A stretch of 63,459 bases of DNA, filler included, from Salisapilia sapeloensis CBS 127946 (lineage: Eukaryota > Protista > Oomycota), in assembly GCA_023334545.1 (NCBI GenBank). It is 11 parts of 11 records of this genome, joined end to end, with 100 filler letters (N's around TTAATTAATTAA, not from the genome) between each part and the next. Parts side by side here need not be neighbours in the genome. Positions count along the whole stretch, not along the records: positions 31,876 to 39,258 come from JAADVB010000518.1; positions 39,359 to 42,540 come from JAADVB010000780.1; positions 42,641 to 47,244 come from JAADVB010000663.1; positions 47,345 to 49,109 come from JAADVB010001048.1; 7 more parts are not named here. One strand, written 5' to 3'. A model generated the notes under the pieces. The model worked only from the letters and a program-made list of their open reading frames with translations. It made no database searches and was not told the DNA's origin. Made by a program: the position numbers and the translations under genes. This document shows, piece by piece, positions 36,388-47,485 of this stretch (its first letter is position 1; each line of letters opens with the position of its first letter).

Positions 36388-39153
36388 CTACTTTAGCAGC
36401 TTATGAACGGTGTAAAGCACCATTGCAGCAGTCGGTCTTGCCGTTGGATCCAAACTTACACAGGCCTTGGCGAGTTCTTCCATTTCATCATTCAGCCCAT
36501 GGGAGAATTGAGCTTCCACTCTGCCGGCAGCGACTAGCTGCAATAAAGCAAAGTCGGATCGTGTATCTCCTGTCGATGTTTCACGAGCGTGGCTGTACGG
36601 GAGCTTGTGTACATCCAATTCGGACAGCACCACGCCAAACGAGTAAATGTCCGCTTTTTCATCGTACCGCTCTCCCATCAGACACTCCGGTGCCATCCAC
36701 AGCCCTGTCCCAACTGCTGCAGTCAACGTGTTGTCCTCAACTTCTCGTGACGTCCCAAAGTCTGTGACCTTGGCTTCCAGATTCTCATTCAGTAGAATAT
36801 TACGGGATTTCAAGTCTCTGTGAATAACCACTGGTTTCAACGAGTGCAAGTAGGCAAGTGCATGTACCACATGCAGTGCAATGGCGAGCTTCTCCTTATT
36901 AAAGCCAGCAGGGGCTTCTGCAGCTTCCAATTCTTTCAAATACGAGCGCAAGTCTCCTCGATCCATGTACTCGGTCACGACACTGACGTCCGTTAATGCA
37001 TCAAAAGCGACACCGATAAATTGGACAATGCGAGCATGCTCGAAAGATGCAAGGAGCTTCGCTTCCACGAAAAATCCTTCCAGCCGATGCATGTCTTTCC
37101 GAAACTCAGGACGCAGACGCTTCATCGCGACGAGTGTCCCACGGTAGCTTGCTTTATACACTTCTCCGTACGCTCCTCGTCCAAGAAGCTTGATTGCCAT
37201 GAGCTTATCGAATGGTATACGCGAGGCGTGAATGACGGGATCGTCCCAGCTATTTGTCGCAGGCTTTCTTCTAGTCTCTGCAGGAGGGCTATAGATTCCA
37301 TGGAATCGATAAGTCATGTCATCCGACTGGTTCACAGTCAGTTTAGAAAAGTTCTCGTCTTCTGCCGTACTGACGAAATTAGTGTCCACTTCGTCCAATC
37401 TTCTACTCTTTGCCTTGTATCTCCACCTCCACATAGCTCCAAAAATTACAATTAGAAGGCAACCCGCTACGATTCCTATAACTATGTACGTATAAGAACT
37501 GCTGGATGCACTGGCGGTGTCCTGAAGCCAAGCATCTACGAGTAGCGATGGCTTGGGATCTTTCCAATTGGCATCTTGAAGCTTACGACTCCTGTTATAG
37601 CCAACAGTTGAATCTCCGTCGTCAGTTAGTGGTGCACAGGGGATAACTGGGCCGGCATAATAGCCATCATTAGCTTCACATACACCCCACAAAGGCTCAT
37701 GATTTTCTGGAACGGTATGAATAGCAAATACAAGATAATCTACTCCGTGCTCTGTCCATTCATGGCGACCTGCAACTGGGTTCGGAATATCTTTATCGTG
37801 ACCTCCCGTTGCCCACATAGATGACCCAATATCGACCTTTGGGATGTATTCTATGGCGCATGAAGCTTCCATCAACATATTATCTCCAGTGCACTTGTCT
37901 GATCGACGGCTGGCAACTCTTTGCGAGTCCGAACATTGCTGACTACTACATACTTTTTCAAAGGAAGTGACAGGCACTGCGATACTGGACATGGGCTTTC
38001 CACCTTCCGTTTGGACTCGCACAAGTTTCTTTTCGATCGTAAGGACGTAACCACTATCCCATAGTAAAGCTCGTTGTAGCAGTCCGTCGAGATCACCGAA
38101 TTTTATGTTAAATTCGTCAAGTCGATCTCTTATTCGTTTCGGAAGATCACTTTCGCTTAGATGAAGCTTCCCCACAATGTCTCCTTGCATGTATCGATGA
38201 AAGTACTGCCTTGCAAGGTCAGAAGTTTCGCCAAAATACCTGTACGACTTATCGTCAAGTTTTGATAAAGCCTCACCGACTGTGGGTGCTGGTCCAGTTT
38301 TTGGAGCCCATAAAGGTGATCCCTTGCTATCCGATTCGTCTTTGCCATCTTCCGCAACGCTTTGAAGCCACGCCTCAACTAGATCACTAGGTTCGGGAAT
38401 GCACCAATCATCTCCATCATTTGCAAGGTTTTTAGGGATGCAAGGGATGATCATAGAGCTGGAGTAGTCTGCTGTTGGACAGCTTTCCCATTTTTCCTCT
38501 GGTATGACTGTATGAATGGCGTTAACTTCCTGTTTTTCTCCATCTTGCTCCCATGTGTGATACATCATGTTCGGTCTGATGATAAAACTATCAGATCCAC
38601 CTGTAGCCCACATGGATGAATTCTGGTGAGCTACTCCGTTCTCGGCAGCACAACGAACTTTTTTTATTATTTGTTGTCCTGTGCAATACTTCGATCGATA
38701 GACGGAATCGACGTTTCCACTCGGATCACCACATTTTTGAGCAGTACAACCAGCAGCTTCATACTCATCCAGAGATACAGCAATGGAAGCCATGGTTTCC
38801 CCACGCTTCGTGTACACTTGAGAATGACTATCCAAGTCACTGTACTTTGGTACTAGCCCACTATCCCAGAGGAACGCATTCTGCAAGTGTGGAGGAAGTT
38901 TTTCAAATTCAAGCGAATGGGACTTTAGGCGCTCTTGAGCGTGGTCTGCAAGTTTGCTTGCCTTGATGTTTGGTTGGCTGACACTTTTGTTCTTCAGATA
39001 GAGATTATAGAAATGCTGAGCAAGGTCCGATGAGGTGCCATCATAAGAAAAGTCTTCATCGACTGGTATACTGATGGCATCCGTTTCTTGAGAGAAGAGT
39101 AAAGCAATAGAGATTGTAATGAGTAGCAATGCGACTAGATGCACTACCAGCAT
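36388..39153 (-). CDS. Receptor-like TKL protein kinase (signal peptide, two tandem 'LQRALLWDSG'-type ectodomains, TM, kinase)
   Basis: N-terminal hydrophobic leader, TM YIVIGIVAGCLLIVIFGAMW, and kinase motifs GRGAYG, VAMK, HRDLKSRN, DFG and GTGLWMAPE. Confidence 0.92.
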   Translation of the reverse strand: MLVVHLVALLLITISIALLFSQETDAISIPVDEDFSYDGTSSDLAQHFYNLYLKNKSVSQPNIKASKLADHAQERLKSHSLEFEKLPPHLQNAFLWDSGLVPKYSDLDSHSQVYTKRGETMASIAVSLDEYEAAGCTAQKCGDPSGNVDSVYRSKYCTGQQIIKKVRCAAENGVAHQNSSMWATGGSDSFIIRPNMMYHTWEQDGEKQEVNAIHTVIPEEKWESCPTADYSSSMIIPCIPKNLANDGDDWCIPEPSDLVEAWLQSVAEDGKDESDSKGSPLWAPKTGPAPTVGEALSKLDDKSYRYFGETSDLARQYFHRYMQGDIVGKLHLSESDLPKRIRDRLDEFNIKFGDLDGLLQRALLWDSGYVLTIEKKLVRVQTEGGKPMSSIAVPVTSFEKVCSSQQCSDSQRVASRRSDKCTGDNMLMEASCAIEYIPKVDIGSSMWATGGHDKDIPNPVAGRHEWTEHGVDYLVFAIHTVPENHEPLWGVCEANDGYYAGPVIPCAPLTDDGDSTVGYNRSRKLQDANWKDPKPSLLVDAWLQDTASASSSSYTYIVIGIVAGCLLIVIFGAMWRWRYKAKSRRLDEVDTNFVSTAEDENFSKLTVNQSDDMTYRFHGIYSPPAETRRKPATNSWDDPVIHASRIPFDKLMAIKLLGRGAYGEVYKASYRGTLVAMKRLRPEFRKDMHRLEGFFVEAKLLASFEHARIVQFIGVAFDALTDVSVVTEYMDRGDLRSYLKELEAAEAPAGFNKEKLAIALHVVHALAYLHSLKPVVIHRDLKSRNILLNENLEAKVTDFGTSREVEDNTLTAAVGTGLWMAPECLMGERYDEKADIYSFGVVLSELDVHKLPYSHARETSTGDTRSDFALLQLVAAGRVEAQFSHGLNDEMEELAKACVSLDPTARPTAAMVLYTVHKLLK

Positions 39154-39258
39154 TGTCTTCCCTCAACCCTTCAACAGTATCTCTGACCTTGTAGGAAGAT
39201 TGCTCGGCTTGTAGGTAGATTGGAAAATGAGAGTCATTGGTAGCAAGCGATCAGTCAG

Positions 39259-39358
39259 NNNNNNNNNNNNNNNNNNNNNNNNNNNNNNNNNNNNNNNNNN
39301 NNTTAATTAATTAANNNNNNNNNNNNNNNNNNNNNNNNNNNNNNNNNNNNNNNNNNNN
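39259..39358. other. Artificial contig spacer
   Basis: N44-TTAATTAATTAA-N44. Confidence 0.99.
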
Positions 39359-40257
39359 AGACAGAACCGGCACGGAGTGTCCGTATCGGAGGCAAAGCAA
39401 CCGGACTCCTCGTCAGACACACACGTCGGGTCCGACAGCCACGACATCACTTGCGGAAGCATCGCTTTGGAGGCAGGACACTTGGGGTCCAGAAGCACCT
39501 TTCCATTTGCTGGAGGACTCGCCTCCTCGGCAGAGTCGCCTGCGGAAGAAACGCCTGGCTCACTAGCGGACGAATCGGCTGACTCGCTGGCGGATGACCC
39601 TGGAGTAGAGTTAAGGCACATACGGTACCCGTTCACATTCTCGCTTCCTTCTAGAGCACAGTAGCGGCAGTTTTCGCCGTAACATCCGATGAGCTCGTCC
39701 GACGTAGCGCAAGTGGGGTCGTAGTAGGAGTCGATTCCGTTCAAGAGGTTGCCCTCCGAGCTCTTGCAAGGCTCGTCGCGCCCGTCGCAGTACGGGTAGT
39801 CTCCGACGTTCTCGTCGTGTTCGTCAGCTTTGCAGTAGCGGCACATGGTCTTGAAGTCGCAGCCAATGCCTCCTTCTTCACAAGCTGGGTAGTAGTATGC
39901 TCGGAGCCCAGCATCGATATCTGCTTGGGCGAGCTTGCACTCGTCGCCTTCCGCACGCGAGACGTCAGTGCCGTCGCTGCCAATGTCACCGCACATGACG
40001 TAGTCGACGTAATCGGGGTTCTCTCGTGTCAAGCAGAGGCGGCAGCCAGTGTCCGCGATGCAGCCCACTTTGCCTTCCGTCAGACACGACTCGTCTTGGA
40101 CACTCTGCAGACCGGCCGCGAGGTCGCCCTCCGACACAACGCATTCGTCATTCGCGGAGGCGCTAGACATACTGGGCGTGTCGGCGCTGTTGTCGTCTTG
40201 GGCGTAGACCGTGGCCAGCTTGGCCATCATCAACGAGGCGAGGAGAAACTTGAGCAT
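39359..40257 (-). CDS. Secreted Cys-rich repeat protein, 3'-truncated by contig end
   Basis: Signal peptide MLKFLLASLMMAKLATVYA, then about 50-aa modules C..S.GD..AG...D..C...G..GC....CR.C...Y..C. Confidence 0.85.
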
Positions 40258-40289
40258 CTGGAGTGAGGTTGGTATCGGAAGGGGAGGTG

Positions 40290-40303
40290 AAATGTGAAAG
40301 TGA
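40290..40303 (-). promoter_or_regulatory. Oomycete INR+FPR-like core promoter
   Basis: The minus strand reads TCACTTTCACATTT, 32 nt upstream of ATG 40257. Confidence 0.55.
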
Positions 40304-40807
40304 GGAAGTGGGGAGGCTCTAGCATCCCTGGGAAGCGGATCAATTCTTGTTTGTACCCCTTTTAAGCGCTCATGGGATGCAGCAGTGGAAGGAGCAGTTG
40401 AGGCGTACTATTATTTCTTTGTTTTATTTTTAATACTTTTACAAGATGTCGGTATATGTCGTACTACGATTGCTCCTGGATCCGAAGTAGCGATCGCGAA
40501 CCGTTGAAGCGAGTTCCGCGTGCGAATGGGAGTGAGCTTATCCCAGACAAGCGACTGCTTCATAAAGATACAGTCATCATTCTGCCTCACCCTGACGGCT
40601 CGCATTGCTGGGATGCGTTTGACTGCGATCCCGGAGCATGAAGAGGCATTCGGAAAACGTTGCGTTCAAAGACAATAGAAAAAGGAAGCTTGAGGCGTAA
40701 CCCCTTCATTATTTTTACCCGCAGTGCCCTCTCTCAACACACCCGGCACTTGAACGACACTATGCATGACTAGACCTTTGCAGCAGGCGCATTCACCGGC
40801 ATGTTCC

Positions 40808-41929
40808 TCACTGCCGCATTCGAGCGAGCTCTGTTGCAGAGGGTAGCGGATTGGCACACTCGTCCAGGACACTGAAGATGTCAGGCATCGCGAGGCAGTA
40901 GCGACACGGGTAGTCATTGCCGACGCCAAAGCAGCCGAGCGTATCGTCGGACGTGCAAGTGGGATCCGACTGATAGGAGTAGCCTCGCGCAATGTGCACT
41001 TGCTTCGGCTTACAATTGTCGTCTTCGCGGATCTTGTCCACGTTTGGGTCCATGTTGGCCAGAGCGTCTGCGCAGCTCATGTATCCGTTTTCGAGGCTAT
41101 CCGCCGTGTTGCAGTAGCGGCATGGAGTGCCATCGCGGACACCGAAGCAGCCTTGGATGTTGTCCGCCGCACAAATCGGGTCCGAAAGCCAGGACACTTG
41201 ATCTGACTGGACGAGCGTGTCATTCTTCGGGCAGACGGGATCTTCCGGAACCTTGTCGTCGTCGGCTGGAGGACCGACGAAAGGAGGGCATGCGTGGTAA
41301 CCTTCCGCGTTCTCATTGCCTTCGCCGGCGCACAATCGGCACATTCCATCAAAGCAGCCCGCCAAGTCCGTCATTTGCTTCTTGCTGCACGTAAAGTCCT
41401 TGTAGACGCGGATGCCTCGCTCCTGTTCTTTCGGCTCCGTGGTACATTCCATCGTCGCAGGCTTGCACTCTGGGTAGTTGCGGTTAATGTCCGTCATGGG
41501 CGCATCTCGACGTCTGCAGAATCGGCAGGTATCATCGGCGAGGCAGCCCACGCCGCCCTCGTTGCATCGCTCATCGTAGAGTAGGCTCAGTCCAGCCTGC
41601 TGGTCGCCGCTCGATATCTCGCATGCTTTCGGCTCGTTCACTTGCTCGCACATGGCATACTCTTGGAACTGGGAGTCTTGTCTCGTTCGACACAACCGGC
41701 AGCCAGTGTCTCCGATGCACCCGGCCTTGCCCTCCGTCACACACGTCATATCCTGGACACTCAGCAGACCAGCATCCAAGTCACCGATAGAAGTTTGGCA
41801 GTCCCCAATCGTATAGTTTGCTTCCAAGTAATCTTCTTCAGCCATTCGTAAAGACCTGATGGAAATGTCAACGGCACGGACACTCACGAGCGTAGCGAAT
41901 GCTACAGAGAAACAGAAGAGCTTGAACAT
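40808..41929 (-). CDS. Secreted Cys-rich repeat protein (5 six-Cys modules), tandem paralog of the neighbour
   Basis: Signal peptide MFKLFCFSVAFATLVSVRA and five modules that align one-to-one with 39359-40257. Confidence 0.88.
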   Translation of the reverse strand: MFKLFCFSVAFATLVSVRAVDISIRSLRMAEEDYLEANYTIGDCQTSIGDLDAGLLSVQDMTCVTEGKAGCIGDTGCRLCRTRQDSQFQEYAMCEQVNEPKACEISSGDQQAGLSLLYDERCNEGGVGCLADDTCRFCRRRDAPMTDINRNYPECKPATMECTTEPKEQERGIRVYKDFTCSKKQMTDLAGCFDGMCRLCAGEGNENAEGYHACPPFVGPPADDDKVPEDPVCPKNDTLVQSDQVSWLSDPICAADNIQGCFGVRDGTPCRYCNTADSLENGYMSCADALANMDPNVDKIREDDNCKPKQVHIARGYSYQSDPTCTSDDTLGCFGVGNDYPCRYCLAMPDIFSVLDECANPLPSATELARMRQ

Positions 41930-42540
41930 CCTTTGCGGCTTAGTGGTGGAGGTTAATGGGAAGTTGGAAAGTGATCTTCGGGGAGATAGGGATCATCGAT
42001 TACGACCTTGTAGCATGCTGCCTCCTCGTACTCCACCTCGAAAATCCAGGCGCTGGTGGAGACAAGGTAGATGGCATTGCACTACCAAAGCACATTGTCA
42101 TTTTCTGATATTTGCAGGATCGCAGGTTGACGCGACGGATGGGGTGCATGCGGAAACCCGTGGGATTACAAATCATGCAGTAGCCGGGTAGGAAGCAACA
42201 GTTCCACCGTTTGGATGTGGAGGTCAATCGTTACGACTATGCTACGGAAGAATATCGATATGTGCTATGAAAAGTGGCAGCTCATTCCAACAGTCAGCTT
42301 CTTTCCTTCCGTAATTACGACGTCGAATACAGGTACCCGAGAGGACTTTCCGACGGAAGAGATCGTCATTCGTATAGTACACATTGGCACTCGATGGACT
42401 GCCAGACCTATCGGATGGCCGTAGCGGAAGAGTCGTTTCATAGGCCATTCGTGTGCAGTTGCTGGGAAATGGGATCGAGATGGTGGAAATTTACAACAAC
42501 CATGCAGAGACTTTGAGTACAATAGATGAAATGGCAGGAA

Positions 42541-42640
42541 NNNNNNNNNNNNNNNNNNNNNNNNNNNNNNNNNNNNNNNNNNNNTTAATTAATTAANNNN
42601 NNNNNNNNNNNNNNNNNNNNNNNNNNNNNNNNNNNNNNNN
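42541..42640. other. Artificial contig spacer
   Basis: N44-TTAATTAATTAA-N44. Confidence 0.99.
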
Positions 42641-43580
42641 AGTGGTTGGAAGAAGTCGACAGTTGACTGGTACTTTGATTTCCAGCGGAAGGTTGTGCTG
42701 CTGATAGCGTGGCCACTGCTGGTGCTCGGGACTGCCGAAGCGTATGCACGGGCATCATGCGAGGACGAGGAGCTCTGGGCGCACAAGGGATTCCGGGAGG
42801 CAGCGGAGGTCTTTCACGTTCATTGTTGTGCTTGTTCTCCATCCCGGTCTGCTATGCTCACTTTCTGCTTCGCAATGATCCACACTTCAAGACACCATGA
42901 TGCCTCTACGTTTATGCGGACAAGTTGAGAAAGTGCGATAGGAAGTATATTAATCGTTCCAATCTACTACTGAGGCCGATGGAGTGAAGCTTTATTACGA
43001 GTCTTCAAATGTGCTGCCAGAGCTGCTGCCACGATAATAATGGTCTTAGCTTTTACATTTAGAGACGATGTGTGTCTTTCGGAAGTATCACTCGTATCTT
43101 GACTCGAGTTTTAAGTACATTTCGATAAGATTGGACGCGATGGAAACACTCATCTTGCTATTCACAGCGTGCATGTAATAAATCTATCTTTGCAATGAGT
43201 TTGGTTGGGACCAGTGAGCAGAAGGACCGTCGACTTCTCGGCAACTTCCGCTCAATTCCGCGGATAACTGTTCGTGTGTGTTCATGTATGCAACTCTGCC
43301 ATGATATATTAGGTTCATGCAATCAAGTAGACTTGAACACGAAGCAATGCAGTACATTCATTTAAGCTCAAAATTCTCTAGTAGACCATTTAAAGGCGCA
43401 TGCAGCGATCGAGGCTGAACCCAGGTACCACGATAGACTTCATGATGCGGGATGGGTTCAACTCAGTCACATACAAAAGTCAAGATGATGGGTACGTCAG
43501 TCGTCGGAACTGAATCGTAGGCGACCAATATTTGCTCAGCGCTTTATTCCTCGCTCGTGATGCCAACGAAACAAGCACGG

Positions 43581-44307
43581 ATGAAACTTTCCACGTTTGT
43601 AGCGTCTCTAGTCGCACTGCTGGTGCTCGTCCAGAACACGGCTGCGGAAAGCGTTGGCGTAGAGCACACGGTGATCCAGGACCAAGCAAGCGATGGCCCA
43701 TGCGTCTGCAGCAGCGATTTGAACAGGTACTTTTGACCCACCAATTCCTCATGTGTGCATTGATACTTATAATTGCTGTAATAGCTGCAAATGCGATGCG
43801 GATGAGAAAGAGTCAGACGGGAAGATGCTGATGGCAACGCTTGTTGGGACCATCGGGACTGTCATCGTTGGTGGACTGCTGCTGCAATTTGCTGCCCCTG
43901 GGACTTCAACGACTGCACCAGCGGAAAAGGTTCAGGTTGGAAAGGGTACAGCGTCTCAGGGCTCCTCGGGACCCGACGCTTCAACTGGTTGGCTCTTGCA
44001 ATTAACCAGCTCTCGATGGGTAGCTTCCCAGCGTTTCCAAATCTACTCGACCGTTGCCGCAGTTCGGAACGCGTTGCATGAGATCTACTTGATCTTGACC
44101 TTGCGCCACCCTCGCATTCAAGCTGCAGTCGGCTCGCTGCGCAATGCTCCTACTCGAGGTCGCAACCTGGCGCAAAGTCTCCGGAATTGGCAGTTGTTCA
44201 GCTTCCTCGCGTTCATGTTCAATCCGAAGCAATGGTTTCCGCAACGAACGAACATGCGCCGTGGGTACCAGAAACCCTGGTTTACCAACGTCGGACATCG
44301 CGGTTAA
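43581..44307 (+). CDS. Signal-peptide, single-TM hypothetical protein (2 exons)
   Basis: MKLSTFVASLVALLVLVQNTAA leader. Intron 43727-43784 splices in frame to CKCDADEK...LMATLVGTIGTVIVGGLLLQF. Confidence 0.6.
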
Positions 44308-45196
44308 ATGTACTGCGAGGCCAATGCTTTCGTGAAGATGGTCGAAGATGCGTGCTAGTAACTTTTCTCCTTTCAACATGCAGCTTTGCACATGTTCTTT
44401 TGTCATCCATTTCAAGTACTAACGGCAAGACCGAGTAAAAGAAAGGTTCTGTTGACCTAGGAAGGTAGTGGATGCACGCTGAGATATGTTTTGTAATGGC
44501 AGGTGATAGGCATGTAGAGCCGGCGACGGTAAATTGGCGCGCTAGGTCGCCGAAAGAGATAGCAAAGTGTATACAAACCGACTCCCTCCGTCTGCAACGG
44601 TCCACGTGACGAATACCTTCACTTCCTCTTGGCACAGTTTGCCCTCTTCTTGCCGTTTGTATCATGCCGTTTGAGACAAAACTTTTCAGCTTGATTTCGC
44701 CCGTTTCGAGGTGCCTTCAACCGATAGCTGAAGTGTTCCTACCACCATCTCAACTTTCTACCGAGAAAGCACTCTCGTATCGACTCAAAAGGCACGTTCG
44801 GACATCGGTGAGGAAACCGCCGGAGCTAGAGTGAAATGCCTTACAACCAATCGACATGGTCGATGCCAACCGAAAGCTCATCCATTGTGCATGCGGATAC
44901 GATCCGGTGTTAAAATTCTCATCTACCAGCTTTCTCCGTCACTCGTGTTGCGTCAACGATGAAGTAAACCTTGGCTGATGCGACAACGCATGCAGCTTCG
45001 GCAACAGCAGTTAGTGACCACTCGTCCCCTTAATCCAGAACATGCAAGTAACATGTTCGTACAAGTGGTCACACTGACGCCAGCGCCCACTGCCACCCTT
45101 CAAAACCGCAGGTGTAGACAGGAAGGTCAACTCATCGACGAACTCATTTTCCAATTGACACATAAGAGCTCAAGTACTTTGCGCACACGAACGATC

Positions 45197-45688
45197 ATGC
45201 AGCCAACGCAATCACTCCAAGCAGTGCGCTCCTCCATTGTCGACACTCGTAAGCAGGGACACCATACAGACTACGCAGTCTCCGTCCGCCGATCCGCTCG
45301 AGCCAATGCAGAGGTCGTGTACCGCCGATTTTCCGCCTTTGTCGAATTGCAGCGACTTGCCATGCGCCACTTTGAGAACCGCCGAGGTACTTGCTGTGGT
45401 GGCAACGGACACTGCCTCCTCATGGATTTCCTGTCTCCCATCTTCTACGCGACCGAGTTCCCGTCCGGCGCCGGTCTCATTTTCGGGAAAAACTCCCGCC
45501 CGATCGTCGAATCGCGTGTCAACTTCTTGAATGCGTTCTTGCTGGAACTGGAAGATGCTCTGGCCAAGTGCCCTCCGCTCGTGCTAAAGCGCAGCGAAGA
45601 AGAGAACTGCAAGATGGTCGCATTGCTCCGCAGCTTCTACGGCTACATGGACAGCGGAGCCAATTTGCACCAGTCCCATACGCTATAA
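45197..45688 (+). CDS. PX-like domain protein
   Basis: HTDYAVSV...VYRRFSAFVELQ...FP...ESRVNFLNAFL pattern. An INR-like TCATTTTCCAATT at 45144 favours ATG 45197 over 44978. Confidence 0.65.
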   Translation: MQPTQSLQAVRSSIVDTRKQGHHTDYAVSVRRSARANAEVVYRRFSAFVELQRLAMRHFENRRGTCCGGNGHCLLMDFLSPIFYATEFPSGAGLIFGKNSRPIVESRVNFLNAFLLELEDALAKCPPLVLKRSEEENCKMVALLRSFYGYMDSGANLHQSHTL

Positions 45689-45885
45689 GCATCCAGCAAA
45701 GGACAAGAAGAATATGTAAATAGCTATTTTAAATGTTTCCCGACGGCTTTCCGACCGAAAGGCAAGCACCAGACACACTAGACAGTCATAATACAAAGAC
45801 GTTTCACCTCTACTTTCGTCTACATTTGCACTAGCGCGACCGTTTAGGATCGCTCGAACAGCACATTTTAAAGAATCTTCCCGTC

Positions 45886-46920
45886 ATGTCGGACGCGAGG
45901 CAACAGGACGTCGAATCTGCGTCTCCGGATGGTAAGTCAGACGCCCTCGAAGGACTGCGAGAGGAAGACGAAGCTTTCTTGCCTTCAGATCTACAATATC
46001 TGCCAGAAACAGACCCATGCTTCTTTCTCTGTACGTTCATTCGAGTATTAAAAGTTAGACGAGAGTCTAAGGACAGCTACAAGTAGGTTGCTGCCAGTTT
46101 AAACGCCTCGGGTACGTCCTCGGCATCTTGCAGTCGATTTCTATTGTATCATAGTCATCTCATGTTTTCTGGGCATGACTAGTCACAACTACGTACGTAC
46201 CCTCTTACAGCTCTCTTGTTGGTTGCGATCATGACGTTGAGGCGCAACATGTAGATTTTGCGAGAGGCTGCTGGTCCGACAGATGACGGCAGATCCAAGA
46301 CTCAGACTGTGATCGTAGGTCCACATTGGATTGGGGTGGTGATTACTGCTGGAATCATCCTTGCGTCGACCGTTGCATTCGTATATCAGCAAGGCAGCCA
46401 CATGTCGTGGTACTCGGTCCTTCTCTCCTTTTTCTTCTGTGGTGTCACCCTACACTATCTCTACCTGACGACCTGCCTGGACCCTGGTATCGTCAAATCC
46501 AGTCGATCGCCTTCGGTCGAAAGCACATGTACCACGGAACTGTCGGAAGCAGATGAGGAGGGACAGAGGATGGCAGCAACTTTACATACTCAGCAGGATA
46601 CTAGTGGCACGTTTTGTGATATCTGCAATCTGACCCAGCCGCCACTTGCAGAGCATTGCAACGACTGTGGTGTCTGCATTGAGGAATTGGATCATCATTG
46701 TCCCTGGATGGGTAAATGCATTGGCAAAAAGAATATGTGGGCATTCAAGCGCTTCAACATCTCTTGGCTACTCTATGTCGTCTTCGTCCTATGCATTTCC
46801 ATCTCCAACATCGAGCTACCAAGGAACCTGGCCAAGGCAGCCGACAATGCTGTGCAAGTATCTTCAAGCGTACAACACTTTCGGCTTCGACGTCCTGACA
46901 AGACAAAACCAACTACTTGA
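45886..46920 (+). CDS. DHHC palmitoyltransferase (spliced; 5' exons uncertain)
   Basis: C.IC...QPPLAEHCNDCGVCIEELDHHCPWMGKCIGKKN Cys-rich domain, TTCLDPG and flanking TM helices. Confidence 0.88.
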
Positions 46921-47244
46921 GGTTTGATTCGTTTGCTTGATTGAAATAAGTATATGTAGCACTTTTCATCATGCAATATCTCTACGTTTTGCTTGTGCTT
47001 ATTGTCGACTTACAAGGGCTGAAGATGCGATCCTTGAAGGCTTGACACGCAACAGAATGTGTGTCTGTAGAAATGGAATGCATGCGATGCTGTCACATAC
47101 CTCGATTCTGTCAGTATCCGATCTACGCTCGAGCTATCAAGTACACCAGATTTCCATTCGATATGACCCTCCACCGCTTGCTGCAATCCCGCCGCAGTGT
47201 TCTTCGATTTACCCAAAAATCTTGGAGTAGCTTTACTCGACCGA

Positions 47245-47344
47245 NNNNNNNNNNNNNNNNNNNNNNNNNNNNNNNNNNNNNNNNNNNNTTAATTAATTAA
47301 NNNNNNNNNNNNNNNNNNNNNNNNNNNNNNNNNNNNNNNNNNNN
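47245..47344. other. Artificial contig spacer
   Basis: N44-TTAATTAATTAA-N44. Confidence 0.99.
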
Positions 47345-47485
47345 TGGCAAGTGCAGCAGCAGCTCTGACTATGAGCTGTGCGTGATTTATGAAGCTAAAG
47401 CAGATAACAATTACTGCTATGCAGTCAATGGTACTTCTGATGATGATTTGAGCACTTGCCATCCGCCAGAAGATGATGGTTGCCA
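47345..47485 (+). repeat. Terminal inverted repeat arm A1 (141 bp, perfect)
   Basis: Exact reverse complement of 48969-49109. Confidence 0.97.
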
